In this document: positions 18,495 through 28,230 of the stretch, piece by piece
Layout of the letters: the number at the start of each line of letters is the position of its first letter
Position numbering within the stretch: position 1 is the first letter of the stretch
Assembly (NCBI GenBank): GCA_045863295.1
Contig: BTWA01000046.1
Span: 1-40,760, forward strand
Direction: 5' to 3'
Source: Candidatus Hydrogenedentota bacterium
GTDB lineage: Bacteria; Hydrogenedentota; Hydrogenedentia; Hydrogenedentales; SLHB01
Length of the DNA stretch: 40,760 bases
Notes under the pieces: generated by a model
Told to the model about the DNA's origin: nothing
The model's input: only the letters and a program-made list of their open reading frames with translations
Database searches by the model: none
Translations under genes and position numbers: made by a program

Positions 18495-18766
18495 AGTGTC
18501 AAGAGTATATGTCAGTCCATCCGTTTTGACAAGCATCTCAATTGTGATGTGCCCCAGCGTGCACTCCCCCTTCTCTGCCGAAAACGCAGGGCAACTTCCT
18601 GAAACCCACTCAAGCAATGCCATTTCATAGAGTTAACATCCAGGGCAACCATAGCTCTATGGCAGATTTCTCGGTTTTCATATCGAATCAATAACTCTAG
18701 TCCACTGCCTTGCCAAACCCGGATTTGGGTGATACTGTTCCCCATCGAAGGAACCCCACACCCACT

Positions 18767-19246
18767 ATGAACAGTGCAGTACTTATCGAAAAGCAAATCG
18801 GTGAACGTCTCGTGGCCAAACGCTGGACGCTGGTTACCGCGGAATCGTGTTCCGGTGGCCTCATTGCCCACCGTCTGACCAACGTGGCCGGATCATCTGC
18901 CTACTACCTCGGCGGTGCGGTGGCCTACAGCAATGCGCTAAAAATGTCGTTGCTCGGGGTGGATGAGCACGTCCTGGAACGCCATGGCGCGGTGAGCGAA
19001 ATGGTCGCACGCCAAATGGCCGAAGGCGCCCGTAGGTGGTTCTCGGCGGACATGGCCGTCGGGGTAACCGGAATCGCCGGGCCCGGAGGCGGCACCACGG
19101 AAAAACCCGTAGGGCTGGTGTACATTGCCGTGGCCACGCTGAGCGGAACGGTTGTCCTTCAAAATAGGTTCGAGGGAACGCGGGAAGACATTAAGGCCCA
19201 AACCGCAGACAAAGCCATGTCGATGATATTGGAGCAGTTGTCATGA
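18767..19246 (+). CDS. pncC: CinA C-terminal domain / nicotinamide-mononucleotide deamidase (PncC-like)
   Basis: TAESCSGG, GSSAYY, YSNALK, HGAVS, TGIAGPGGGTTEKPVGLVY. Standalone domain. ATGA overlap with dnaE. Confidence 0.88.
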   Translation: MNSAVLIEKQIGERLVAKRWTLVTAESCSGGLIAHRLTNVAGSSAYYLGGAVAYSNALKMSLLGVDEHVLERHGAVSEMVARQMAEGARRWFSADMAVGVTGIAGPGGGTTEKPVGLVYIAVATLSGTVVLQNRFEGTREDIKAQTADKAMSMILEQLS

Positions 19247-22200
19247 GCGCCGGATTTGTCCATCTTCACGTCCATACGGAATACAGCGTATTGGACGGTG
19301 CGAGCAAAGTAAAAGAGTTGATCGAGCGATGTAAACAATACGGCATGCATGCCTGCGCCTTGACCGATCACGGCGCCATGTTCGGCGCAATCGACTTTTA
19401 CAAGGCCGCAAAGGACGCAGGCATCAAGCCCATCATCGGTTGCGAATTGTACGTGGCAAAGAATGGAATGGCTGACCGGTCGTCCCGCTCAGGAAACTAC
19501 AACCATTTTCTAACCCTCTGCGAAAACGAAGAAGGCTACCACAACCTCTGCAAACTCAGTTCCGCGGGATACACCGAAGGATTCTATTACAAGCCTCGTG
19601 TGGATATGGAGATGATTCAACGGCACAAAACCGGCCTCATTGCCACCAGTTCCTGCCTTGCCGGGGAGATTCCGCAACTCCTCTTGGAAGACCGCGTGGA
19701 GGAAGCGAGACAATCCCTGGAAAAATTCCTGGATATCTTCGGTCCGGACCACTTTCTGATCGAGATCCAGGATCACGGCATGGCGGAAGACCGGAAAGTA
19801 AATCCACGCCTAGTCGAGTTCGCGGAACGATACGGTCTCACCCTTATCGCCACAAACGACAGCCACTACACCGACAAGACAGACGCCGAAGCGCATGACG
19901 CGCTATTGGCCATACAAACGGGCGCAACGTTAGACGAGGAAAACCGCTTCAAGTTTCCCACCAACGATTTCTTCTTCTGCAGCCCCGAGGAAATGCGCCT
20001 CAAATTCAAGGACCATCCGCAGGCGCTGATAAATACGGAAAAGATTGCGGCGCGCTGCAACGTCGAATTAAAACTCGGCCAGCACCTTATCCCCGAGTAC
20101 ACACCGCCGGAAGGCATGAGCAAGGTTGACTACCTCCATTCACTGGTGATGCTGGGATTGGAAGACCGCTTTGACGGCCGGCCGAACCCAGAACACATCG
20201 CACGCGCCGAATTCGAGCTGAATGTCATCAACGGCATGAAGTTCACAGACTACTTTCTCGTTGTCTGGGATCTCATCAACTTTGCGCGCAGCAAAGGTAT
20301 CCCCGTGGGGCCCGGTCGTGGCTCTGGTGCGGGCAGCCTTGTCGCCTATGCGCTCAAAATCACGAATATCGATCCCATTCGATATCAATTGCTTTTCGAA
20401 CGGTTCCTGAATCCCGACCGTGTGTCGATGCCGGACTTTGACATCGATTTTTGCTTTAACCGCCGGGGCGAGGTGATCGAGTACACCCGCGCCAAATACG
20501 GAACAGACAATGTCTGCCAAATCATCACATTTGGTAGAATGCTTGCAAAAGCCGCTATCCGCAACGTGGGACGTGTCATGGGGATGCCCTATGGCGATGT
20601 CGACCGTATCGCAAAACTCGTACCCGAAGAGCTGAAAATTACCCTGAAAGACGCCTACGAAAAAGAACCGCAAATCAAACAGCTGGTGGAAAACGACCCG
20701 GCCATTAAGAAATTATGGGACCTCGCCACGCGCCTGGAGGGCACCATCGGCAATTGCGGGACGCATGCCGCAGGCGTCGTGATCTGTGACAAACCACTTA
20801 CCGACTACGTACCACTTTTCAAAGCGTCCGGCAGCGACGTCGTGGCTACTCAGTTCGAAATGAAGTATGTCGAGGAAGTGGGCCTGCTAAAGATGGACTA
20901 CCTCGGCCTACGCACGCTGACCGTGGTTCACGAAGCTACGCGCCTCATCCGGGAAAACCGCGACATCCACCTCGACATCGATAACCTGGAGCCAAACGAC
21001 CCGAACGCATACGCCGTGTTACGGTCCGGCAAAACCACCGGCATCTTCCAGTTGGAAAGCTCCGGGATGCGCGATCTCGCCAAACGCATCGGCCTCGAAA
21101 GCCTCGAGGAAATCTGTGCACTCGTCGCGTTATACCGTCCAGGCCCCATGGAACTGAAAGACGACTACATCGCAAACAAACACCATCCGGAACGCATCAA
21201 ATACGACCATCCTCTATTGGAGCCCATTCTCAAAGAAACGTACGGTGTCGCGCTCTATCAGGAACAGGTGATGCAAATCGTGCAGGCGGTTGCAGGGTTC
21301 AGCCTTGGTCAGGCCGACTTGCTTCGTCGTGCTATGGGCAAAAAGAAGGCCGACCTCATGGCGCAACAACGCGCCAAGTTTGTCGAGGGAGCGGTATCCA
21401 CCAACAATCTCGATAAGAAACTCGCGGAACAGCTGTTTGACCGCATCGAACAGTTTGCGGGATACGGCTTCAACAAATCGCACAGCATGGCGTACGCCTA
21501 CGTCGCCTATCAGACCGCATACCTGAAGGCGAACTACCCGGTCGAATTCATGACCGCACTGCTCACCAGCGAATCCGGAAACCTCGTCAAGGTTGGACAG
21601 TATATCGAAGAAGCACGGCGCATGGGCATCGAAGTGCTCCCCCCCGACGTCAACAGCAGTTGCCTCGACTTCACCGTGGAACGCAACCGAATTAGGTTTG
21701 GATTGGGCACCATCAAGAATGTAGGCACCGGACACGTCGATGCCATTGTCAGTGAACGTGAGAATGCCGGGCCCTACAAAGACATATATGACTTCTGCAA
21801 ACGCATCGACCTCCGCCTCATCAACAAGCGCGTATTGGAAAGCCTCAACAAAGCAGGCGCCTTTGACGAAACCAAATGGAACCGGCGCCAGGTCGATCAC
21901 GCGATCGAACAGGCTATGAACGAAGGCCAGGCCAGCCAACGCGATAGAGACATCGGCCAAATCTCCATCTTCGACATGGGAGCCGACACGGCTATCACGG
22001 ATCAACAGCACGAAAAACCAAAATTGGACGAATGGCCCGAAAGCGAACTCCTCACCTTGGAAAAGGAAATGCTCGGACTGTACGTCAGCAGCCACCCGCT
22101 CGCAAGGTACGCTCCGGTTCTCGAACGATTTACCAGCGCTCATATCTCCAGTTTCGACCAACTTCGCGAGGGCCAGGAAGTCGTCATCGGAGGCATGTTC

Positions 22201-22704
22201 GGCAACATCAAACATCACACCACCGCCAAAGGAAAGAAAATGGCCTTTGCCACGCTCGAAACCCTCGAAGGCCCTGTCGAACTCACCGTGTTCAGCGAGT
22301 TGTATGCCGAGAAATTCGGCCTCCTCGTGCCCGAACGGGCAGTCATGATCACCGGAAAAATCAACTACCGAAACGAAGAACCCGGACTCGTCGCCTCCGA
22401 CATCATCCCAATCGGCGACGCGGAAGATAAATTGACCAAAGCCGTCCACGTCCGAGTCAACTGCATCGGCCTCGACGACGACATCCTGGAACGGCTCGCC
22501 ACGCTCTTTGGACACCACGAAGGAAAATGTGACGTCTACCTCCATTGCATCACCCCCGCCCACGAAGAAGTCGTCGTCCACGCCACCAGCGCGTGCCGCG
22601 TGGCGCCATCGGATATCCTAAAAGCGGAAGTGCAAGATCTCCTCGGCGAATCCGCCATGTGGTATACCGGTCACAACGGCTATCCGCACCACGGAGAGGA
22701 GTGA
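19243..22704 (+). CDS. dnaE: DNA polymerase III alpha subunit
   Basis: PHP domain HLHVHTEYSVLDG, GPGRGSGAGSLV, PDFDIDF, KMDYLGL, GYGFNKSH, C-terminal OB fold. 1153 aa with no intein. Confidence 0.98.
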   Translation: MSAGFVHLHVHTEYSVLDGASKVKELIERCKQYGMHACALTDHGAMFGAIDFYKAAKDAGIKPIIGCELYVAKNGMADRSSRSGNYNHFLTLCENEEGYHNLCKLSSAGYTEGFYYKPRVDMEMIQRHKTGLIATSSCLAGEIPQLLLEDRVEEARQSLEKFLDIFGPDHFLIEIQDHGMAEDRKVNPRLVEFAERYGLTLIATNDSHYTDKTDAEAHDALLAIQTGATLDEENRFKFPTNDFFFCSPEEMRLKFKDHPQALINTEKIAARCNVELKLGQHLIPEYTPPEGMSKVDYLHSLVMLGLEDRFDGRPNPEHIARAEFELNVINGMKFTDYFLVVWDLINFARSKGIPVGPGRGSGAGSLVAYALKITNIDPIRYQLLFERFLNPDRVSMPDFDIDFCFNRRGEVIEYTRAKYGTDNVCQIITFGRMLAKAAIRNVGRVMGMPYGDVDRIAKLVPEELKITLKDAYEKEPQIKQLVENDPAIKKLWDLATRLEGTIGNCGTHAAGVVICDKPLTDYVPLFKASGSDVVATQFEMKYVEEVGLLKMDYLGLRTLTVVHEATRLIRENRDIHLDIDNLEPNDPNAYAVLRSGKTTGIFQLESSGMRDLAKRIGLESLEEICALVALYRPGPMELKDDYIANKHHPERIKYDHPLLEPILKETYGVALYQEQVMQIVQAVAGFSLGQADLLRRAMGKKKADLMAQQRAKFVEGAVSTNNLDKKLAEQLFDRIEQFAGYGFNKSHSMAYAYVAYQTAYLKANYPVEFMTALLTSESGNLVKVGQYIEEARRMGIEVLPPDVNSSCLDFTVERNRIRFGLGTIKNVGTGHVDAIVSERENAGPYKDIYDFCKRIDLRLINKRVLESLNKAGAFDETKWNRRQVDHAIEQAMNEGQASQRDRDIGQISIFDMGADTAITDQQHEKPKLDEWPESELLTLEKEMLGLYVSSHPLARYAPVLERFTSAHISSFDQLREGQEVVIGGMFGNIKHHTTAKGKKMAFATLETLEGPVELTVFSELYAEKFGLLVPERAVMITGKINYRNEEPGLVASDIIPIGDAEDKLTKAVHVRVNCIGLDDDILERLATLFGHHEGKCDVYLHCITPAHEEVVVHATSACRVAPSDILKAEVQDLLGESAMWYTGHNGYPHHGEE

Positions 22705-22883
22705 TCGTCTGTTTTCGAGTGAGTCCTTTGATAAGTGCCAATGACAACAAGTGAATTGAAGTCGTTATCACTCCTTGGTCGTCTTTCGACAGTGTCCCTC
22801 AGCGACTCTATTCGACAAATAGTGCAGTTCACGCTTAGACAAGACGCCCGGCTCAAGTTCCGATGAGACTGTGCACACACCTC

Positions 22884-22913
22884 TTGCCATTACTAAATTG
22901 GTAATGGTAGAAT
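22884..22913 (+). promoter_or_regulatory. Putative sigma70 promoter TTGCCA-18-TAGAAT (with TGn extension) overlapped by inverted repeat CCATTAC-7-GTAATGG
   Basis: -35 at 22884-22889, -10 at 22908-22913, inverted-repeat arms at 22887-22893 and 22901-22907. Confidence 0.6.
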
Positions 22914-22953
22914 CTGACGGTTGGCTAATGAAATATTGCCTGGAAGGGATGCC

Positions 22954-23190
22954 ATGTCACGGGGAAACGGAAATGGCTCGGCGAAACGTGGCGAACGCCA
23001 GGACCAATATCGCATTCTCTTGAATGCCTCGATATATTTGGAACGCATCGCGCTGGAACGGAAAGGCCCTGCGGCGAGAACGGCGTTGGCACTGTTTGCC
23101 GACGCCTACCGGATGATTCGGACGAAAGCACCTATCGCCGAGATTCGAGCCGTGCTAAATCGAATCGTCCAAGTATTGGGTCTCGAGTAA
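22954..23190 (+). CDS. Small hypothetical helical protein (78 aa)
   Basis: GGAAGGGA RBS before ATG 22954. It sits behind a good promoter and 24 bp upstream of the XRE gene. No family recognised. Confidence 0.6.
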   Translation: MSRGNGNGSAKRGERQDQYRILLNASIYLERIALERKGPAARTALALFADAYRMIRTKAPIAEIRAVLNRIVQVLGLE

Positions 23191-23214
23191 CACGGTGCAA
23201 AAGCGCCGGGAACG

Positions 23215-23508
23215 GTGAACCCCATGGCAACACGCGCACTGACTGAAGCCACGCTAAAACATCGCATAGGGTTGACGGTTAAGCGATACCGAGAATGCTC
23301 CGGCCTTACGCAAGCGGGATTGGCCAGGAAAGCAGGCATTACACCCACGGCCCTGTGCTACATCGAAAGCGGACGCACGGCAAACATCGCGACTCTATAC
23401 AAGGTCACGCGATGCCTCGGCCTCTGCCTGAACGAGCTGTTCGCCATGGTGGAAATGCCCGAGAAGCAAGCCGCCGCCGAAGCCATCCGGTTGATTCGAT
23501 CCATGTAG
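23215..23508 (+). CDS. XRE/Cro-C1 family helix-turn-helix regulator
   Basis: IGLTVKRYRECSGLTQAGLARKAGITPTALCYIESG...NIATLYKV...LGLCLNELF. Start is GTG 23215 or ATG 23224. Confidence 0.88.
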   Translation: MNPMATRALTEATLKHRIGLTVKRYRECSGLTQAGLARKAGITPTALCYIESGRTANIATLYKVTRCLGLCLNELFAMVEMPEKQAAAEAIRLIRSM

Positions 23509-23735
23509 CCTCTCACACCAAGCCCACTGTCTGGAATGGCCCCATTCGGCGAGTCGATTTATATGATTCTGGTTAGGTAATTTGAAAGCAGTGGACTTGC
23601 AGCATAAATTGCTTCCACCAGTAAATTTGAGCCAGATCGGGTGTCGATTTAGTCTCTTCACTTAGATATGCCATTTTCCCGTTGGATGCAATAAGAAAGA
23701 AAGTACACTTGTATAGATGCGGAGGACTAGTCACC

Positions 23736-25307
23736 TTGCGGCGTTTTAGCGTTTCGCTCGGCATTGGGTTTGCCTTGGCCATTGCAACAGCCTGTGCGGA
23801 GGATTCGGCACGCACGTTAGTCGTACCCGACGTCGCCATTACACAAGCCTACGAGAAAGCCGCGACCCAAAACGTGCTGGCCGCCGTCAACCCCAACGTC
23901 TTTCCGGGCTATTGGTCGGTCTGCGCCGACGGCATCGGATTTGGCTTCGGCAATTCCTATCCTGCCCTTGACGGGCATCAGATGGCCGACGCACTGCTCC
24001 ATCTCGGGCAGGTCGACGTCGTAAAGGCGAACTGGGACTATGTGAAAACATTCCAGCGCTCCAACGGCCAATTGCCCTTTGCCATTCTGCCGGATTCCGC
24101 GGGAAAAGAAATCGGACCCGAAGACAGCCGTGCGCCAGTGGATGCGAATGGCGGGTTGTACAGACACTGGGTTAAAGCGGATCCGTTGCGTGCATTGGGC
24201 TATACAACCTACATTCAAAATGCCGATGTCCTCTTCCGGTTTACATTGGACAATAGCTGGCTTCAATCCAATATCAAATCGATAAATCTCGCGGCGGACT
24301 ACCTTGCATCGCTCATGGCGGAAGACGGCAAAGTCGGCGGCGCGGGCTACTACGTGGAGCGGCCGTCGCGTGTGGAATACGACGGTGTGACGCAAGGACA
24401 TGCCATGGACGCCTTGCAAAGGCTTGCCGCACTGAACGCACTACTCGGAAATACGGAATCATCGGAAAAGTACCGTCAACTGGCCGACCGCATTCAAGCC
24501 GCGTTTCAGACCCATTTCTGGGCACAGGACCGATTTGCGGAATACATCCACCCCGATCGCGGCGCCATCGCCACCCATGGGTTCACCGACACAGACTGGA
24601 CGGCAATCGCCACTGGGATCGCGCGTCAAGACCAGGTACAGGCTATCTGGCCGCAGCTTCGCAATGAAGCGCGGTTTCGATACAACGGCATGCCTACGGG
24701 AATTGCGACACATCCGGAGAAATACGAAAGCTGGGAGTTCTCGTACGACGACCGCATGGACCTTGCCGCCATGGGCCGTGTTTGGTACATCGAATGCTGG
24801 GCGCGCGCCCGCATGGGTGATGCCGAAGGACTTGTCGAGTCCATCCAACAGGTGTGCAAAGCCGGCAAAGACGCTGGGTACTACTGGCGTGAGCGTTACG
24901 GCGCACAAGGCGGTTACGGCGCGGAAAAATACTGCGAGTATCCCGCCAATCTGATTCGCGTCGTAAATCGGTTTCTCTTGGGTGTCGAACGCAACTTGGA
25001 CGGTTCGCTCTCGATTGCCCCATGCGTCCCGGAAACGTACTGGAAAGCGGGATTCGGGCAAGCCCTCGTTTGGAGAAGCGGACGGCTCGAGTTCAGATTT
25101 CAAGACGGCCAAATCTCCGGCAAGTATCTTGGAAAGGAACAAGTGACGATTCGTGCGAGAATTGCGCAACCGGGTAGCGAATCAACATCCTTTCTGACGT
25201 TGAATGGCGAGGAAAAGCCACCTCGTGTCGTTGACCGGTGGATTGAATTTGACCTGCCAGGAGCGCAAGTCGCCCCTCCCGTCACCTTTGCCGCCGGATG
25301 GCGCTGA
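23736..25307 (+). CDS. Secreted six-hairpin (alpha/alpha)6 glycoside-hydrolase-like protein
   Basis: GGAGG 10 nt before TTG 23736. Signal peptide. The pattern FQRSNGQLP, YRQLADRIQAAFQTHFW, GRVW, WRERY, FLLGV...IAP is typical of GH78/GH63/GH15-like folds. Confidence 0.65.
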   Translation: MRRFSVSLGIGFALAIATACAEDSARTLVVPDVAITQAYEKAATQNVLAAVNPNVFPGYWSVCADGIGFGFGNSYPALDGHQMADALLHLGQVDVVKANWDYVKTFQRSNGQLPFAILPDSAGKEIGPEDSRAPVDANGGLYRHWVKADPLRALGYTTYIQNADVLFRFTLDNSWLQSNIKSINLAADYLASLMAEDGKVGGAGYYVERPSRVEYDGVTQGHAMDALQRLAALNALLGNTESSEKYRQLADRIQAAFQTHFWAQDRFAEYIHPDRGAIATHGFTDTDWTAIATGIARQDQVQAIWPQLRNEARFRYNGMPTGIATHPEKYESWEFSYDDRMDLAAMGRVWYIECWARARMGDAEGLVESIQQVCKAGKDAGYYWRERYGAQGGYGAEKYCEYPANLIRVVNRFLLGVERNLDGSLSIAPCVPETYWKAGFGQALVWRSGRLEFRFQDGQISGKYLGKEQVTIRARIAQPGSESTSFLTLNGEEKPPRVVDRWIEFDLPGAQVAPPVTFAAGWR

Positions 25308-25416
25308 ACACCCCGCACCATGGAATGTAACCATTCGAACCGTCTTGAAGTATCAAGTTAGTAGCAGCAAAGGCACGGATGAGTGGGAAAAGTAAAGTAC
25401 CCGGAGATACTCAGGA

Positions 25417-26409
25417 ATGAACGCGCGCCGCATCCAAATTCAGCTACTCGCACTTCTCCTGATCATTTCTTCAATGACCTTGGCGGAGACGGCCACGTAC
25501 GACCCGCTGGCCATTTCTCAAGGTCGTGACGCCGCCTGTTCGGATTTCGTAGTGACCGACAAGGACCGTGATCGCGAAGTGCCCATCCGCGTCTACTTGC
25601 CTGATTCCCCTGAACCCGCACCGGTCGTGCTGTTCAGTCATGGACTGGGCGGCTCCAAGGAAAACGGTGTATACCTGGCATCCCATTGGTCCGCCCGTGG
25701 GTACGTATGCGTGTTCATGCAACATCCTGGAAGCGACGAATCCATTTGGAAGGAGGCGCCGCGCTTACAACGCATGAGCGCCATGCGAGATGCTGCCAGC
25801 GGGGAAAATTTCCTCTTGAGGGTAAAAGACGTGCCAGCGATAATCTCTCAATTGGAGAAATGGAACGTTGAGCAAGGGCATGCCCTTTCGGGCCGCATGG
25901 ATTTGGCCCATATCGGCATGTGCGGGCACTCCTTCGGCGCCGTGACTACTCAGGCCGTCAGCGGTCAAACCGCCGCGCGCGCACGTTTCAATTTTACGGA
26001 TCCCCGCATAAAGGCCGCGATCGCATTCAGTCCAAGCAGTCCGCGCGTAGGCTCTCCTGAAAATGCCTTCGCCAACGTCTCGATACCGTGGCTGTTGATG
26101 ACAGGTACCGAAGACATATCGCCGATTGGTGACATCGATGTGGAATCAAGGCTGGCAGTCTATCCTGCGCTTCCCCCTGGGTCCAAGTATGAGGTGGTGC
26201 TCGACGGCGCAAAACACTCTGCATTCAGCGACCGGGCCCTGCCCGGTGACCGCAACGGCCGGAACCCAAACCATCATCGCGTAATCGTCGCACTAAGCAC
26301 CGCTTTCTGGGACGCGTATCTCAAAGGGGAAGAGTCCGCCAAGGCCTGGCTGGACGGCGATTCACCCCGCTTGATCATGGATGAAAAAGATCGATGGCAG
26401 AGAAAGTAA
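25417..26409 (+). CDS. Secreted alpha/beta hydrolase (dienelactone hydrolase/PAF-AH-like)
   Basis: FSHGLGGS, GHSFGA nucleophile elbow, TGTED and KHSAFSD triad. Signal peptide. Confidence 0.85.
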   Translation: MNARRIQIQLLALLLIISSMTLAETATYDPLAISQGRDAACSDFVVTDKDRDREVPIRVYLPDSPEPAPVVLFSHGLGGSKENGVYLASHWSARGYVCVFMQHPGSDESIWKEAPRLQRMSAMRDAASGENFLLRVKDVPAIISQLEKWNVEQGHALSGRMDLAHIGMCGHSFGAVTTQAVSGQTAARARFNFTDPRIKAAIAFSPSSPRVGSPENAFANVSIPWLLMTGTEDISPIGDIDVESRLAVYPALPPGSKYEVVLDGAKHSAFSDRALPGDRNGRNPNHHRVIVALSTAFWDAYLKGEESAKAWLDGDSPRLIMDEKDRWQRK

Positions 26410-26436
26410 TCGTAGCGCAACGCAGAAATGCCAACG

Positions 26437-27621
26437 TCACATCGCACGGCCGGCCGCGGCCCCGGAAGACCAAGCCCATTGGAAGTTGTAACCGCCCAAC
26501 CACCCGGTCACATCCATGACTTCGCCCACAAAAAAAAGCCCCGGTACCTCACGGCACTCCATCGTCTTGGGCGACAAGGCGCCGGTATCCACACCGCCAA
26601 GAGTGACCTCGGCCTTTGCGTAACCCTCAGTGCCGGATGGCGCAATCAGCCAATGGGTAATTGCCCCGGCCATCGACCTCACCTGCGAATCCGGCATTTC
26701 ACCCAATGCACGGCTCCAACCATGCGTCGCACAAAGCCAGTGGACAAATCGTGCCGGAAACCGGGTGGACAGGAAAGCCGCGGGCGCGAGACTCGGAGTC
26801 GCACGTTTGGCTTGGATCAGGCAATCGTCCAACGATTCGTTGGGACACATGTTAAGTACAATGCCCTGTCCCGGCTGCCAGAATGACGAAATCTGCAATA
26901 TGGCCGGGCCGCTGAGGCCACGATGCGTAATTAGCACGCTCTCCTCGAACTCCGCACCGCCCGATCGAACCTTGGCATCAAAAGAAATTCCCGTCAATTC
27001 CATGAGCCCGCCAAACTCCCCGGCAGGCAACGTCAAAGGTACCAGTCCAGGCCTGCATGGCACCACAGGAATCCCAAATTGCCGCGCCAAACGGTATCCC
27101 AGGTCGGATGCGCCCAGCTTCGGTATGGACAACCCACCGGTCGCCACCGCCAAAGTGGACGATTCCATAACCCCCCGAGAAGTGGTAATGCGATACCGCT
27201 CGCCGCGTGCTACCTCACGCACGGTGCAACACGTCAGAATCTCGACCTGTGCCTCCCTGCATTCACGAACAAGTGCATCGATAATCTGTTGCGCAGACCC
27301 ATCACAAAACAATTGACCGAGCTTCTTTTCGTGATACGCAATGCCATGACTCTCCACAAGATCGGCGAAATCCTGCGGCGTATAACAAGCCAGAGCGGAA
27401 TGACAAAACCGTGGGTTCTGTGAAACGAAGCGGGACGGCTCCGTGTATACATTGGTAAAGTTGCATCGGCCGCCCCCGGAAATGCGGATCTTTTTTCCCA
27501 CAGCATCATTGTGTTCGACAAGAAGCACGCGGCGCCCCCGCTTGCCTGCTTCCATGGCACACATCAACCCCGCTGCGCCCGCACCGAGAATTATCGCATC
27601 GTATCGCGAGGAATCGTTCAC
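26437..27621 (-). CDS. HI0933/YhiN/BaiN-family flavoprotein (NAD(P)/FAD-dependent oxidoreductase)
   Basis: GAGAAG, GKKIRISGGGRCNFTN, ATGGLSIP, THRGLSGPAIL, GWLGGYNFQWAWSSG. Confidence 0.93.
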   Translation of the reverse strand: MNDSSRYDAIILGAGAAGLMCAMEAGKRGRRVLLVEHNDAVGKKIRISGGGRCNFTNVYTEPSRFVSQNPRFCHSALACYTPQDFADLVESHGIAYHEKKLGQLFCDGSAQQIIDALVRECREAQVEILTCCTVREVARGERYRITTSRGVMESSTLAVATGGLSIPKLGASDLGYRLARQFGIPVVPCRPGLVPLTLPAGEFGGLMELTGISFDAKVRSGGAEFEESVLITHRGLSGPAILQISSFWQPGQGIVLNMCPNESLDDCLIQAKRATPSLAPAAFLSTRFPARFVHWLCATHGWSRALGEMPDSQVRSMAGAITHWLIAPSGTEGYAKAEVTLGGVDTGALSPKTMECREVPGLFFVGEVMDVTGWLGGYNFQWAWSSGAAAGRAM

Positions 27622-28202
27622 TCGACTAAAATAAACTTCATATAATCGATGTCTGCAATGCTACCAGACGGACCCTGCTGATCCATGACGGCCTTCATCA
27701 CATACGTACCTTTTCTCAATACCACATTCTCAGCCCGGATCATCTGCAGCTTGTTCCAGCCGCCCGTGTCGGGCACATCAATGGGACCGGTCACATCCTT
27801 GCCGCCTACCTCCAAATGAAACTGGCCGCCTTTCTTATTGGAGGCCACTGGAAATTCGATGGCGTATGTTCCCGATTGCTCCACATGAACCGTATAGACA
27901 AACCACTCGCCCGTACGAGTCCAGCCGATGCCGTGACCGTTGGACGCATCCGGGCGCTGCTCGATGTCAACCTGCGTTTCGCCTCGGTAGGCAACACCTT
28001 GGTTTTCGGCATCCACGTCAAAGTACGCCACACCTGGCGCACCTTCGTCGTAATGCTCGGCCTCGATCAGTCCGGGAATGGTATGCGCATTTCCTCCGTA
28101 AGGCGCCAGACCGCCCGTGTGGTCGGGATCGTCCGTCGTAGCACATCCGGTGGCAATCATCCCTGCCATTACCGCGAATCCAAAGGGCTTGAAGCGAGGC
28201 AT
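27618..28202 (-). CDS. Standalone carbohydrate-binding module (CBM6-like) lipoprotein
   Basis: IPGLIEAEHYD, IGWTRTGEW..YTV, VPDTGGW, IDYMKF. Lipobox IATG-C. AAGGGAG lies upstream of ATG 28202. Confidence 0.8.
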   Translation of the reverse strand: MPRFKPFGFAVMAGMIATGCATTDDPDHTGGLAPYGGNAHTIPGLIEAEHYDEGAPGVAYFDVDAENQGVAYRGETQVDIEQRPDASNGHGIGWTRTGEWFVYTVHVEQSGTYAIEFPVASNKKGGQFHLEVGGKDVTGPIDVPDTGGWNKLQMIRAENVVLRKGTYVMKAVMDQQGPSGSIADIDYMKFILVE

Positions 28203-28230
28203 CCTGGAGTCTCCCTTAATCAGATTGGAT

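Noticed and set aside
18640..18680. c-di-GMP-I riboswitch (CAGGGCAACCAT resembles its 5' part)
   Set aside because: The GNRA tetraloop and the downstream GACGCAAAG core are missing.
21214..22581. Long antisense ORF (455 aa) opposite dnaE, and similar ones at 28892-30241, 14427-15437, 34510-35451 and 2578-3468
   Set aside because: These are shadow ORFs of strongly supported genes, arising from codon bias, and have no recognisable motifs.
19243..22704. Intein or split in dnaE
   Set aside because: The length is normal and the motifs are continuous, with no intein terminal motifs.
22705..23735. Prophage or integrative element after dnaE
   Set aside because: No integrase, tRNA or flanking direct repeats were found. 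It is kept only as a small regulatory module.
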